The notes below the pieces were generated by a model, which saw only the letters and a program-made list of their open reading frames with translations, was not told the origin of the DNA and made no database searches. DNA of 63,032 bases, counting the filler, from Octopus bimaculoides (Eukaryota), in the NCBI RefSeq assembly GCF_001194135.2. It is 8 parts of 7 records of this genome, joined end to end, with 100 filler letters (N's around TTAATTAATTAA, not from the genome) between each part and the next. Parts side by side here need not be neighbours in the genome. Positions count along the whole stretch, not along the records: positions 1 to 6,674 come from NC_068981.1; positions 6,775 to 25,252 come from NC_068999.1; 6 more parts are not named here. One strand, given 5' to 3'. Positions 1-13,249 of the stretch are shown here, one piece after another; position 1 is the first letter of the stretch; each line of letters starts with the position of its first letter. The translations under genes and the position numbers were made by a program.

Positions 1-35
<35 letters not shown>

Positions 36-1065
36 AGATTAGGTATGCATAATTTGCCCCTGCCTTTCAATCTCAATATCTAAGCTACGCATAGTACTGC
101 GTGTTGTGTGCATTCCTACAACAACGTTTTCTTTACGTACTATAAAGGCAAAAGTAAATTTGCCTTCTCCTCAGTCGCGCGCCTGTATTTCAGTTATTTT
201 TTGTGCTTCACTACATAAAGGTCACCAACTGCCTACCCTGAGAAATTACTGACGGTACGTGCCTGGTATGTATGTATGTATGTATGTATGTATGTATGTA
301 TGTATGTATGTGAAATGGTTAGTTCCTGGATTTTCAACCGGGAATTGAATCTGCAACTTCAATGTCTCAGTTACCTTCTTTTCTTTCTTGTATCAATATG
401 CACCTGGAGGTTTACGAGTCAACACCTTGGATCAACATCAGTTCAATCTAGATAACCGACGAAAAATCCTTTGTTCTCCTGATTTACTTTTAGCTCAGAA
501 ATCATCATTAATATAGAACCATAACCGATTTCCTGTTCTCTTTGTACATGGTACTTTGACAGAAGGATATACCTGTTTCCTTTCCTCAGCACTGTTAGAG
601 TTAACGTGTTCCTCCCTTTCTTTCCCTTTACTCATGGCTGTCACCGAGGTAACATGTATCGCTTACCCTCTCAGCTCGGCAACTTTCATAGAATTAAATC
701 CTCTAAGTTTCCTCCCCCTCTCTCTCTCCTTTTTCATTCGGTCATATAGTAGTAAGCTAAAATATAACCGCAGTAACCTACACCAATGATAACAGAACTT
801 CTACTAGTCTTTATGCAACAACAATTCGACGAAGTTATGCATTTCGTAATGGTAAATAAAAGCCAATTCAACTGTTATCTAGTTCTTGTCATTTATACTA
901 ATTTGTATCACTCACTACTGCATCTATATATAACACAGCATCCATTACATTCTCGTGACCCGACATTTATCTTCCATCCTTCAAATCGTTACATACATAC
1001 GTATGTATGTATGTATGTATGTATGTACGTATATGTGCATGTATGTTTTGTTTTATGTATGTATT

Positions 1066-1200
1066 CTCATGCACGGGTACGCAGAAATTCCAGGATGGCG
1101 TCCAGTGTGTTAGAAGACCACTGGGAGTGAGGCACCCCTCAGATTCTATTGAAGCATGTCTTCATGAAGAATTTAAGCATTCTGTTCGAAAGCGCACTGC
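1066..1200 (+). mobile_element. Degraded RTE LINE 3' end
   Basis: Translation ...LHEEFKHSVRKRT; nucleotide match to the better-preserved copy ending at 2360. Confidence 0.55.
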
Positions 1201-2094
1201 TAGTAGTGAATGGGGAAAGCTGGGTTTGCAATGCTTGCAATCGTGTATGCTTGTCAAGAGCAGGGCTATTTAACCTCAAACAGAACCGCAAATGCAAAAT
1301 ATAAGTTAGTCCTGGAGCGTACACTGTTCCTAAAAGTCAGCAATAGTCTTCCTCGGTCACGAGTGGAAGGCCATCATGTATGTATGTATGTATGTATGTA
1401 TGTATGTATGTACGCAGGCATGCATGTATGTATGTGTGAATGTATATATATGCATGTGTGCATATATGTGTGCATGTATGCAAATATGTATGTATATATT
1501 CATGTATGTATGCATGTACGTAAATAAGTAGCATAAGATATGGATTCAGTGAATCGTGCGTTTATCACATAAAGCTCTTCTTACAGACTCGGCTATCAAA
1601 CCACATAGCAATCAATTACAAAGAAGTGTAATGTACAGAGTCCATGTAACTGAAAATCCAGATCAGATCGATGAAGATATTTCAAGAGGACTATATAAAA
1701 TCATAAGGTCAAGGAGTATCAGAGGTGGATATATATTTATTTGACCACGTGACTTCAATAGGATTAGGGCCGTTTCGCGTGCGGCACAAGGTTTTCAACA
1801 TGAAATCGGATTTATTGTAATTTCAGAAATTTGAGTGATGGTTACTCATATTGATGTACACATACTTGGCAACAAAAGACATTTGCACAACAATGCAAAT
1901 TTCTGCCCCATACCCAGAGAAAGAAAAAGAAAAAAGAAAAATATTGCTGTGAACCCTAAAACCTTTATTCACACCTACTAAGATGTTACTCTATATAAAC
2001 CACTTTGAGAAACCCTACATGTCAAGATTTCATTCATCCCCGAGGGTCTTTATGAACTATTTTGAAAAGCCATGACTGACAGAATTCGCTCTCC

Positions 2095-2360
2095 TAGGGA
2101 TAGCAGGATTGCAGGATCCCTAAACAGATCTTATATGGGGAACTTGTTAGAGAAAAGAAACCCCGACAGAAACCAAGGCTGCGATTTAAGGACTATGTCA
2201 AGTCCTCATTAAAGGCCTGTGATATGCAGGAGACCGACTGGGAGAGCAATACCTGTCATCACCACAGATGGAGGGAGCAGGTTAAAGAGGGGGGCGACAC
2301 CTTCGAAAAAAGCGCGTATTCTTCCTGAAGAATTTAAGCGCGCTGCTCGAAAGCGTACTG
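2095..2360 (+). mobile_element. RTE (BovB-like) LINE ORF C-terminal fragment
   Basis: RIPKQILYGELVREKKPRQKPRLRFKDYVKSSLKACDMQETDWE...RWREQVKEG is a typical RTE C-terminus. Confidence 0.85.
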
Positions 2361-2608
2361 AAATTTAAGACATTGTGTTTATGTCAGAAACTCAATTACT
2401 TACAATCTGAGTTCAATTCCTGCCGAGGGAAACTTTGTTTTTCATCCTTCCTAGGTCAATAAAATAATGTGCCATTCAAGTACTGGGGCCACTTTGAACG
2501 ACGAACCCTTCCCTACAAATAAGTCAATATTTCGAATTAGTTGTCTTGGAGCCTGGAATTTCTGTTGTTCTTTTGAAGTACCAAATCGATGCTAATTGAG
2601 CCGACTGA
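2358..2608 (+). repeat. Local duplication, copy 1 (degraded SINE plus flank)
   Basis: Near-identical to 3717-3984 (ctgaaatttaagacattgtg...gccgactga). Confidence 0.9.
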
Positions 2609-3716
2609 GAAGCCCTGATTGTGAAACGTTTATTCACCCTTCCCAGGGGTTTCTATATGAACCACTTCGAGAAAGCTTTACACTCAAACTTTTATTCCGC
2701 CGCCATGCTTGCGAGTCCGTAAGGGGCTTAGAGAAGCCCTGATCTCAAGATAATTCATTCCTTATTCAACGAAGATCCTGCAGCTGTTTTTATTGTTTTA
2801 AAATACAATAAATGTTACTCAATTATTTTTTTATTACACGGATATAAAATATTTTGCTATACCACTAATTGCAATGAAAATAGATCGATTTCTATTGAAA
2901 ATAAATAATTGTATGATTAGCCAACTTTTTCATTTTTGAAGACCGACAACAAAACAAACAATTTAATGGCACTGATACGCTTATCTTTGTCACATATCAT
3001 TTTTCTCGACAATATCTGATTCATTATTCGCAACTTTACCAAGCAGGTGTATAGCGTCCGCCATTACGCACCACAACATTTCTTGGCGTTCTTATTTTAT
3101 TGCAGCTATAAAATATTTAGTATTTATTTATAAATAAATAAATACCTGTCATATAAATTCTTCAACAAGCTGTTTTATTAAATGTCTAGATACCGCAGCA
3201 AAATAAAAGCAACTGCTGTAGTTATTGTTGTTAATGGCCAAAGAAAAATAGATAACGATTCACCATTATCTCGCCAGCTTTTCAATGCCTCGCGCCTGTG
3301 TGTTAGGTAGTCAATATACGACACACAAACGAACAGCGTAATCTCCTGGCGAACTGAAGTTGCCCTTTCTCTTTTTATTATATCATTATGTCACGTAGTA
3401 AAGGTGGGGAATTGATAAAATCGCTTACACCTTCTATTCATTCCAGGTCTTTACATTTTAAGTTCAAACCCCACCGAGGGCTAATTTTTTTTTTTTTTTT
3501 TTTNNNNNNNNNNNNNNNNNNNNNNNNNNNNNNNNNNNNNNNNNNNNNNNNNNNNNNNNNNNNNNNNNNNNNNNNNNNNNNNNNNNNNNNNNNNNNNNNN
3601 NNNNNNNNNNNNNNNNNNNNNNNNNNNNNNNNNNNNNNNNNNNNNNNNNNNNNNNNNNTTCATCCATGGTCGATAGAATAAAATACAGGGGTCGATTTAA
3701 TAGACTAACCCTTATC

Positions 3717-3984
3717 CTGAAATTTAAGACATTGTGTTTATGTCAGAAACACAATTACTTACAGTCTGAGTTCAATTCTTGCCGAGGGAAACTTTGTTTT
3801 TCATACTTCCGAGGTCAATAAAATAATGTGCCAATCAAGTACTGGGGCCACTTTGATCGACGAACCCTCCTCTACAAATAAGTCAATACTTCGAATTAGT
3901 TGTCTTGGAGCCTGGAATTTCTGTTGTTGTTGTTTTTGTTTTTTTGTTTTGAAGTACCAGATCGATGCTAATCGGATCGACTGA
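3717..3984 (+). repeat. Local duplication, copy 2
   Basis: Near-identical to 2358-2608, with an expanded gttt tract. Confidence 0.9.
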
Positions 3985-4902
3985 TTATGAAGAGTACACC
4001 AGTCGTGACCATCTCGTCTTTTTGTACGACTACATTCGACATTGTTCAATGCAATTCCCCCATTTATACTTTTTAAGACGCTACTATGTAACTTGAGGAA
4101 GATTTTCACTGCTCTTTTAGCATGTCAAATTACCACATAGAGGCTCTTTTCTCGAAGAATATCCGATTTTCGAGTAATGGATGAGGAATCGAAGATATTT
4201 TCTTATGTCGGCGCTTAGTTATTAATTGTATTATATGTATTACCCTCTCAGGGTTTTTGTATAACGCAGCCCCATATTGCACAAACTTTTCGGTCCATCG
4301 ATGAACCATTGAATTAATGTCTATCGTTAATCATTTAGAAGTAAAACAATAACATTTAGACAGCAATATGTCATGAGGAGCCGTAGCTATAATGTTAACA
4401 TTGTGAGTCGTAATTAAACGCTATTAGAAATAAAACTTGCAATGTTAAAATGATTTCTTTTGTTTAATTTCGTCATAAATATCAAGAATAATGAAGGAAT
4501 AAATGCAAGAAAGATTTGAAATGATTTTATAATTGGAATACTTAAACTGCATAAAGAATTGCTGTAATCATCATAAAATTGCTTAGAGCAGAATACAGCA
4601 AAGTTATGAGACATTTTAACTGGCGTAGGTTGACGACTCCATGATGGCGTTTTATTACATTCGTGGTAAAGTCAAAACCGTTATTGTTGGATAATTAGTA
4701 AGCCAAGAATGACAACTTCTGTTCGTTTTATCTTTCAAATACGCACAAAACATATTATATCGTTCTTCATTGTTTCAAATATTATCAGGAGTCACTTGTA
4801 CTCATTCAATATTTCAATAAGGAAGGTTTGTTCCAAAAAGTCTTATTGTGCACTGGCATAGTTTTATGCATTTCTTAATGAGTTGTCGTCGCTATTATTA
4901 TT

Positions 4903-5566
4903 CGGTGAGCTGGCAGAATCGTTAGTGTGCTGAACGAATTGCTTAGCGGTTCAAATTCCGCCGAGATCGACTTTGCTTTTCATTCTTTTGGGGTCGACAA
5001 ATTAAGTACCGTCGAATCACTGGGGTCGATGTAATCGACTCGTCCCTTCCCCCAAAATTTCGGACCTTGTGCCTATAGTAGAAAGGATTATTATTATTAT
5101 TATTATTATGGCGGTGAGCTGACAGAATCGTTAGCACGCCGGGCGAAATGCTAAACGGTACTTCGTCCGTCTTTACGTTCTGAGTTCAAATTCCGCCGAG
5201 GTCGACTTTGCCTTTCATCTTCTCAGAGTCGATAAATTAAGTATCAGTGAAACACTGAGGTTAATATAATCAGCCAGTCCCCTGCTCCTAAATTTGAGGC
5301 CTTCTGCTTCCAGTAGAAAGGGTTATTATTATCATCGTTATTATTACTATTATTAAGGTGGAAAGCCGGCAGAATCGTTACCACACCGGACAAAATATTT
5401 AGCAGCATTACTTCCGGCTTTATGTTCTGACTTCAAATTCCGCCGAGGTCGTCTTTGCCTTTCATTCTTTCGGGGTCGATAAAGAAAGTACCAGTCTAGC
5501 ACTGGGGTGGGTGAAACCGACATTTCCCTTCTCTCAAAAACTGCTGGCTTTATGCAAAAGTTTGAA
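4903..5566 (+). mobile_element. Three head-to-tail copies of tRNA-derived SINE family A
   Basis: Head ggcggtgagctggcagaatcgttagc, B-box-like gagttcaaattcc, central gtcgactttgcctttcatcctttcggggtcgataaattaagtacc; the copies are separated by (ATT)n. Confidence 0.9.
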
Positions 5567-6120
5567 GACATCTTATAATAATTCTGCTTGTCATTGCGTT
5601 ACTTGGGCCGTTGATAACGCTTTCACATGATTAGAGAAAAAGAGGGAGAGAGAAAAAGAGAAAGAAGAAGGAAGAGAGAGAGAGAGAGAAACGTCCGTGA
5701 CGTGAGGTAGAAGGAATGTAACTGTAATGCTTTCATGTGATTAGTTGAAGGGAAAGAGAGGAGAAAGAAAAAGGAGAGAGGAAAGCAAGATAAGGTGAAG
5801 AGTGAGACAGAAAGAAGCAACTGCTATCAACACGAGCTGCCAATCGCTCACAGTTCTTTCTTTTATAACAATGAGATAATCCACCTTTAGTCACTTGGTG
5901 GGGTGGTCTGAATCCTTCCACAACAATTTTCGAAGTGTATTATGTGATCATCGTATCCCAGTTTCTTTCACTTTCCAATGAATAAGCAGATGAGCGACTA
6001 TCTTTTCCTAAAGACACAATACAGGCCACGCTTTGGATAAAGTTTTCAGAAATAGCCCAATAGGTTTACCATTAATTCCGTGAAATATTCACGGGTTCCG
6101 TTAGTTCAGATTATTATAAA

Positions 6121-6277
6121 GGCAGCCAGCTGGCAGAATCGTCACCGTGCCGGACGAAATGCTGCAAAACGTTTAGTACGTCTTTATGTTCTGAGTTCAA
6201 ATTCCGTCGAGATCAATCATACACTGAGGTAATCGACCAGCCCAAAATTTCAGGCCTTGTGCCTGTAATAGAAAGAA
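6121..6277 (+). mobile_element. SINE family A, internally deleted
   Basis: Same head and the short tail caggccttgtgcctgtaatagaaag. Confidence 0.8.
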
Positions 6278-6630
6278 TCATCATCATCATTATCATCATC
6301 GTCATCATCATCATCACCGTCGTCGTCGTCGTCGTCATCATCATACAGGCTTTGCGTGTGTAAGAAACTCCTTGGAATTGTTTTTAATTTTTGTTGTTTG
6401 TTAGCTGTGATTTAAAGAAGTCTACTGTTGAAATTATTTTCTGTTTTATTGCCAAACTGAGGAGGATATTGAGGAACTAATCGATCTATCTTGATTTCCC
6501 CCTAAAGGTGTAGTAGTGGTGAGGAGGGGGGATGATTTGCTGGAAGGCGTGTCTGGAATTTACCAAAACAGCATCCTATCTAAATTTGTCTACTATACAG
6601 ATTACATATAAATAGATAAATGAATATACA

Positions 6631-6674
<44 letters not shown>

Positions 6675-6774
6675 NNNNNNNNNNNNNNNNNNNNNNNNNN
6701 NNNNNNNNNNNNNNNNNNTTAATTAATTAANNNNNNNNNNNNNNNNNNNNNNNNNNNNNNNNNNNNNNNNNNNN
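6675..6774. other. Assembly linker: 44 N + TTAATTAATTAA + 44 N (also 25253-25352, 28354-28453, 48990-49089, 51337-51436, 54303-54402, 56264-56363)
   Basis: The identical 100 bp structure occurs seven times, and the 12-mer has stops in all six frames. Confidence 0.97.
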
Positions 6775-7160
6775 CCTTGGTGGACCCCTACCTCTACCCG
6801 GAATTCATTGCTGTACTCATTTCCAACCCTCACCTTACTGGCAGCATCTCTGTACATGGCTCGCACAGCTCTCACTAACCATTCTTCTATCCCAAGTTTC
6901 CTCATTGACCACCAGATAAGGGATCGGGGGACCCTGTCAAAGGCTTTCTCCATGTCAATGAAAGCCAGGTACAGAGGTTTATCCTTAGCTAGGTATTTCT
7001 CCTGCAGCTGTCTCACTAGAAATAAGGCATCAGTAGTGCTTTTACCTGGCACGAACCCAAACTGCATCTCATCTAAATTGATTCGCTCCCTAATTAGTTG
7101 GGCTATGACCCTCTCTGTAACTTTTATAACCTGATCTAACAGCTTGATGCCTCTGTATCT
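6775..7160 (-). mobile_element. RTE LINE reverse transcriptase fragment
   Basis: YRGIKLLDQVIKVTERVIAQLIRERINLDEMQFGFVPGKSTTDALF...AFIDMEKAFDRVPR...VGVHQ; truncated by a gap. Confidence 0.95.
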
Positions 7161-7269
7161 ATTATATGATCCTTTTTTTATTTGCTAAGTCTAGATAAAG
7201 TGACAGATCTCATGATTCTTGCTGGCCCTTTCAGACTGGTGAGACAGATGCCATTGACGTTCCATTTAA

Positions 7270-7479
7270 CCCTTTCATTACCAACCTGGCTGGAACTGAC
7301 TCTGAGTACAAATGTCTTGTTTTCATAAGTTTCGAATTAAAATCTTCCACCAAACCTTAGTCATAATTTATGTTCCTAACACCAGCTGAATGATAACTAA
7401 GTTATTTTACTAAATTCTTTGTTATATTTAAAGTAATTGAAAGAAACACAGAGCATCTCAAAATACAGTAATGAAAGGG
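7270..7479. mobile_element. piggyBac-type MITE
   Basis: TIRs ccctttcattac / gtaatgaaaggg, with TTAA on both sides (7266-7269 and 7480-7483). Confidence 0.85.
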
Positions 7480-7597
7480 TTAAGCTGTAGTGGGTCGACA
7501 CTTGTAGAAAAGAATTGAGCAGGGGAGGAGACTCCAGAGGGCCAATACTCTGAGGATGAAGGTTTTAGTATAGTGGCTAGTGCAGGAACTTGGACAC

Positions 7598-7945
7598 ACA
7601 TGGCTGTGTGGTAGGAAGTTTGCTTCCCAACCACATAGTTCAAAGTTTAGTCCCACTGCATGGCACTTTGGACAAATGTCTTCTACTATAGCCACAGGCT
7701 GACCAAAAGCCTTGTGAGTGGATTTGGGAGATGGAAACTAAAAGAAGCCCAGCGTATATATATGTGTGTGTGTCTTTGTGTCTGTGTTTGTCCCCCACTA
7801 CACCCCTTGACAATTGCTGTTGGTATGTTTACATCCCCATAACTTTGTGGTTCAGCAAAAGAGACTGATAAATTAAGTACCAGGCTTAAAAAATGGAGTA
7901 CCTTATGACTGAAACAAGTAAAATGACTGAAACAAGTAAAAGATA
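7598..7945 (+). mobile_element. SINE family B (CORE-like) with an internal (TA)/(TG) microsatellite
   Basis: tggctgtgtggtag...gttc...cccactgcatggcactttggacaaatgtcttctactatagcc; same layout as the copy at 58723. Confidence 0.85.
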
Positions 7946-8511
7946 AAAGATACCAAAAGTGCCAAGAAGTAGAGAGATTATTGTGTTGGGGGACTTGTGA
8001 GACCAACCAGCTCCAAGGAGTGGAAGCCATTATATTAGCAGTAGAAAAGCTAGAGAGAGGAGTCAGCAAACCTGTGGGCCAGAGTCTGAAGTGTGTCTGT
8101 TAGTGATAAAGTGATAACCAACCAAGTGACCCTTCCCTTCCTTGAATGTAATTCAGAATGACTATGTACATTGCAACAATATCATCCTGTATGTAAGAGT
8201 ATGTTTGTTATTTCAGTAGTGTATGAATCATTGCTATGATCTAGACGACTATCACATTTTCTTGTAAATATAATGACCATAAAATTCTATTGAATTGAAT
8301 TGAAATCACTATGTACTGTTTGAATTAACTACCATATTGACACTGGCTTCTGAAATATTTCTTGCCAAATAATTTTATTATCATGAATATTGCTTGCTTG
8401 ACTGCTGTGTCAGTATAACGTTGGTGCCATCAATGAAATTATTATTACCCTCGTTAGCTGTTGTATTCTTGCTTATATCCAGTCTTGCAAGAGTGTCTGG
8501 AATACATGGCT

Positions 8512-8607
8512 TCATTTTCCATGTTTCTCTATTGTTCCTTTGTCCAAATTCTTCATTGGTGAAACCATAAACTGTTCACTGATTTCATCAATAATAGGGA
8601 GTGAAAC
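8512..8607 (-). CDS. Candidate terminal exon VSLPIIDEISEQFMVSPMKNLDKGTIEKHGK*
   Basis: Acceptor ataattttag|GTT with 31 codons to TGA. No homology recognised. Confidence 0.25.
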   Translation of the reverse strand, partial: VSLPIIDEISEQFMVSPMKNLDKGTIEKHGK

Positions 8608-9420
8608 CTAAAATTATCATTTTCTACTTCTGTGAATGGGTTAGATATAAAACCTTTCTTTCTAATCAGCATTTGAAGTCAAGTTTCGCTGCTAGTTTCC
8701 TATGTAACCATATTAGTTGAAACAAGTAAAGAATTTAGAAAGCATTTACTATTATGAAACTGATGATTGCAGTTATGGTGTGGGTTTATCATCGATATTT
8801 TCATTGTATTCCTTAATCATTAAATTACTGAGCCACAAGGATTGGTTAACTCTGTGTGTGTATGTGTGTGTGTGTGTGTGTAATAGGTACATTTCTGTGA
8901 AATGATCAAGAAGTTTACTTCACAACAAGGTCCCAGAAAACTCAAGGTTTGATCCCACAGCGTGGCATCTTGGGCAGATGTCCATTTTTATAGACTTGGT
9001 TCAATTCATAGCTTGTGTGTAAAATTTTATGGAAACTGTGTTGAAGCTTGTCAAATGAATTGTACCAGTAATTCTCAAGGGACAGCCTTGCCACACACTG
9101 ACAAGCTGATGTTGCCTGCCTGAGAACCACATTAAGCGTACATGAGTCTGTGGAACACTTAGTCACGTAGGCTATGACTCAATGAGTTGGTAGTTCACTT
9201 GATCAAACAACTAGATTGCTTAGCACTGAATGAGAGAGATCCATCACACTCGCACACATACACTCTGTCACACACACACACACACACACACTCACACATG
9301 CATGCATGCATGTACATATGGAGTTAGTTGGCGCATAAGGTGACTAATTGCAAGCTTGTGTTGTCCCTAACAAAGCATTGAAACATCCTATCCCACCTAT
9401 CTGACATGTTTTAAAGAGTG

Positions 9421-9538
9421 GTAATATTTATCACCACTTGGATGTGAATGTTCTGTTAGAACAAACTATACTGTGAGAGATTCTGAAACATAGTTTGTTC
9501 TAACAGAACATCCATGTTTAAGTGGGGGTAAATATTGC
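9421..9538. repeat. Inverted repeat (~49 bp arms, ~20 bp loop), member of a dispersed hairpin family
   Basis: gtaatattta...gttctgttagaacaaactat / atagtttgttctaacagaac...taaatattgc; the right arm recurs at 35101. Confidence 0.85.
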
Positions 9539-9974
9539 CTCTCAGTATTAATACTGCCTCTGTCACTAATCTATAAGTTTTAAATGTTTTAAAATATTTT
9601 TTCTTAATAATGTAACACTTTCCACTGATAGTTTATAACCTGTTGGCTTATCATCCAGTACATTACTGTCATAGGGAATTGGTTAGGTATGACTCTCTTG
9701 AAAATAGCAGTTGTGACATTCATGCCTTTCCAAAATACATAATCATTCAGGTAAAGAGTTGTGATAAGGTAGTCTGGATGACAAAGAGGGTATGATAGCA
9801 GTGGGGTGTATATGAAAGGGATTGGTGTGACTGCAGTTGTAGTGGGGGAGGGTATTTGGCAACAATGGTGAAGGGGTGTTGACAGAGATTGATTTAACAG
9901 TGGTGATGGTAGGTGTAGGTTGACTGTGTTGGTGGTAGTAGTCATGGTGTTTGTGGTAGTGATTGAAATAACAG

Positions 9975-10162
9975 TTTCAAATTTTGACACAAGGCCAGCA
10001 ATTTTGGGGAGGGGTGAGTCAATTACATCAACCCCAGTGTTCAACTGGTACTTATTTTATTGACCCCCAAAATGATGGAAGCAAAGTCAACCTTAGTAGA
10101 ATTTGAACTCAGAATGTTAAGTTGGAGAAATGCCACTAAGCCTTTTTTCCGGAACAGTAATG
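9975..10162 (-). mobile_element. SINE family A, CpG-decayed
   Basis: Reverse-complement match to family A. Confidence 0.85.
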
Positions 10163-10375
10163 ATTCTACCAGCCTGCCGCCTTCATGGTGGTGACTGAAA
10201 TAATAGGTATGGAGTTGCCCATAATGCTCATAGTAATGGTGATGACAGCAGCTGCAACATCGGTGCTGGCAGTCGTTTTAAAACTAGTACAAAGTCACAT
10301 CAAAATAATTGCTCACTATATTTGCATTTGTCTAACAATTGCTGCTGCAAGATGATGTATTTGAAGGGAACATAC

Positions 10376-10505
10376 TCCAGTGTACAGCTTCCTGTATTTC
10401 TGTTGTAGGTAATGAAGGGTAGGTGTGTGGGGAATGGGTACAGTAATCAATGTAGAACCTGGGGCACAAATACTGGAAGTGCAGAGAGATAGCGACAATT
10501 TTACC
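10376..10505 (-). CDS. Candidate exon, frame unresolved
   Basis: Strong acceptor tttcctttgcatttctctccctcag|G and donor GGA|gtatgt, 130 nt. Two frames are open (VKLSLS...KYRKLYTG or GKIVAIS...EAVHW). Confidence 0.4.
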
Positions 10506-10819
10506 CTGAGGGAGAGAAATGCAAAGGAAACATGGAATTATTTTTGAAAATTTGAGATGAGACCTAGTTTTGATTAGATGTAGGTTTTGATAGAACTAGT
10601 TCATTTGGTTCATTAAGATATCACCACTATCATCATCATGTTCCAACACTAGCAGCTGCATCAGTATCATCATCTCAGTTATAATTGATATCACTTCAAC
10701 ATCCATTGCTACCACCATGATTACTCTCACTACTCCTACTGTCAGTGTCATAATTGTCATTATTACCACCACCATCATCATCATCATCATCATCATCACC
10801 TATCTTGTAAGCCTCTGTG

Positions 10820-11010
10820 TAGCCTCTTAATCTGCTAGGAATGGCACTTGAATCTTGCTCGAATCACACCCTTCCATCATATTGAAAGGAAGGGCACATT
10901 AGATAATATCGTTTACATATTGCTTTAAAAATACAGGATGGTAGCTGTTGGAATGCTTTTGATCATCATTCTGTTCAACCAGAGCTGACCTTTGCTTAAA
11001 CAACAACACT
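10820..11010 (+). mobile_element. Dispersed repeat with a (CAA)n tail (related copies near 15360-15640, 23170-23230, 41620-41840, 50130-50330 and 58420-58480)
   Basis: Shared motifs ctgctagaa..cagc..aatctccctcaaatcacacc and ggaatgcctttgatcatagg...gctgacct..ggctaaacaacaac. Confidence 0.65.
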
Positions 11011-11305
11011 ACATCCTGCTCCTTCTCATTTTTTTTTTACATTGTCTTTGCTTGGCACGTATCATCATTTTCTTTCTCATCATTATCATCATTATTATCT
11101 CTAAATATAGTTAATGTTTAACCCTAGGTCATATCTCACCCAACTATGACCATTTTCTTTTTTTATTCTCTCCAATGTTTCTTTCCTATGACAGTAAGTT
11201 GTAATTTGATAGGAATTAAACTGCTATTTTTTGTAAGTTGACTGAAGTAGAGGCTTCAGAAAGCTAAGTTAGATGTCTTAGTATTGTTGGGGTGTGGTAT
11301 ATATT

Positions 11306-11520
11306 AGTTTCAAATTTTGGCACAAGGCCAGCAAGTTCAAGGAAGAGTATAAGTCAATTATATCAGCCCCACTTGTTGACTGGTACTTATTTTATTGACC
11401 CCCAAAAGGATGAAAGACAAAGTTGACCTAGGCAGAATTTGAACTCAGAACATGAAGATGGACGAAATGCTGCTAAGCATTTTACCCAGCATGCTAATAA
11501 TTCTGCTGGCTTGCAGCTTT
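11306..11520 (-). mobile_element. SINE family A, CpG-decayed
   Basis: Reverse-complement match to family A. Confidence 0.85.
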
Positions 11521-12124
11521 GAGTGTGGTAAATATTGATTGAATTTACTTTTATAAATCTGATTTGACACTGAAACGTGTCCTGTGTAGAAAGTAGGGTT
11601 TCTTGAACTTATCCTAGATACCCACAGTTATCCCAGTTGTTCGTCATTATCCTAACTATCAATGATTAATCTAATTACCATATTTATTTCATTATGTATC
11701 CATGATTCTTCAGCACTGTGTCATATGTATTCCTTCCTGGACAGGATGGATATGTATGACATCTTAAGAAGGATTTGCGCTGTAAATTAGCACTTTCCTA
11801 TCATACTATCAAAGTGAACTTAGCTCCCCATAGTACCTATTTACATGGTACTTTGTGAAGTAGATGAGGTCAGTGATGTTATTTTCATCCTCATTATTCA
11901 GAGTCACTGAAAGTGTCTTTACTAAGGACATAGTTTACAGGGTATCGTACACCAGCCGTTTGCCGTGAAGACCAACACCCAAATAACTGATCTTGCTGCG
12001 GTTCTCATATCTTCCTTTACCTTAGTTGTAAAATATCATGACATAAAATATATGGTACAATTCTTGCAGATAACATTAATTTATAAACATTTCATGAATA
12101 TTTCCTTCATTGACTTCAATTTTC

Positions 12125-12256
12125 ACCTACCAAATTTATTTACAAGGCTTTGATCGACCTGAAGCTATAGTAGAAGACACTTGCTTAAGTTGCCATGCAG
12201 TGGGACTGAACCCAGGACCATGTGGTTGAGAAGCAAACTTCTTAGCACATAGCCAT
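12125..12256 (-). mobile_element. SINE family B, 5' half (similar partial copies at 13065-13200 +, 17695-17900 -, 18675-18830 -, 30180-30330 -, 40468-40570 -, 42393-42465 +)
   Basis: Match to the head/CORE-like part or the 3' part of the copy at 58723. Confidence 0.8.
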
Positions 12257-12339
12257 ATATGTATTGTATAACAATTAAATTATATATTATGCATATTATT
12301 GTTTTGTTATGCAGATGATTCTCCAGTCCATGAAAAAAA

Positions 12340-12470
12340 TTGTCTTGCCTGAAACTTGTCTATAGTGCAAAAAATGGTTGGTGACTGTTGCACCAGAGCA
12401 TCAAACTCCTGGAATTCTCTTCCTGCGAATGTTTTTCTTGAAAATATCAACTTATAGATGTTGTAACTGA
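12340..12470 (+). mobile_element. CR1/L2-type LINE ORF2 C-terminal remnant
   Basis: CTRASNSWNSLPANVFLEN matches the WNxLP motif at the end of CR1/L2 ORF2. Confidence 0.55.
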
Positions 12471-12571
12471 ACATAATTATATCTACTTCACCAGTTTTAG
12501 AGGTCTTGCAACAGTGTTTATAGGCTGTGGCACTTCCTCCTCGCTGAGCCATCATAACAAAGAATAAACCA

Positions 12572-12606
<35 letters not shown>

Positions 12607-13193
12607 NNNNNNNNNNNNNNNNNNNNNNNNNNNNNNNNNNNNNNNNNNNNNNNNNNNNNNNNNNNNNNNNNNNNNNNNNNNNNNNNNNNNNNNNNNNNNN
12701 NNNNNNNNNNNNNNNNNNNNNNNNNNNNNNNNNNNNNNNNNNNNNNNNNNNNNNNNNNNNNNNNNNNNNNNNNNNNNNNNNNNNNNNNNNNNNNNNNNNN
12801 NNNNNNNNNNNNNNNNNNNNNNNNNNNNNNNNNNNNNNNNNNNNNNNNNNNNNNNNNNNNNNNNNNNNNNNNNNNNNNNNNNNNNNNNNNNNNNNNNNNN
12901 NNNNNNNNNNNNNNNNNNNNNNNNNNNNNNNNNNACTGATGCAGCCCTTTCTCCTTCCAGCTGTCACATCATCAATGAGTCAAGAGGTAGAAGAATCAAC
13001 TTCATAAATACTTAAAACAATTGGCTAAAGCATAGTACATGCTGCCAACTCCTACTCACTTGTGAGTGATGGCTGTAGTTTTTGGTTCAGTCCCACTACA
13101 TGGCACCTGGCATAAGTGTCTTCTGCTATAGTCTCAAGTTAATCAAGGCCTTGTGAATGAATTTGGTTTACAGAAACTGAAAGAAATCTGTCA

Positions 13194-13249
<56 letters not shown>

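Noticed and set aside
1745-1790. E-box and E2F-like words (cacgtgac, tttcgcgtgcgg) as a promoter
   Set aside because: Short motifs expected by chance, with no linked gene.
11895-12060. Kinase activation-loop-like words on the + strand (KDIVY...SRLP, GIVH)
   Set aside because: No HRD, DFG or W in register, and an in-frame stop follows.
12307-12555. Minus-strand ORF (REFQEFDALVQQSPTIFCTIDKFQ) as a host exon
   Set aside because: It is the antisense of a WNSLP-containing LINE remnant on the + strand.
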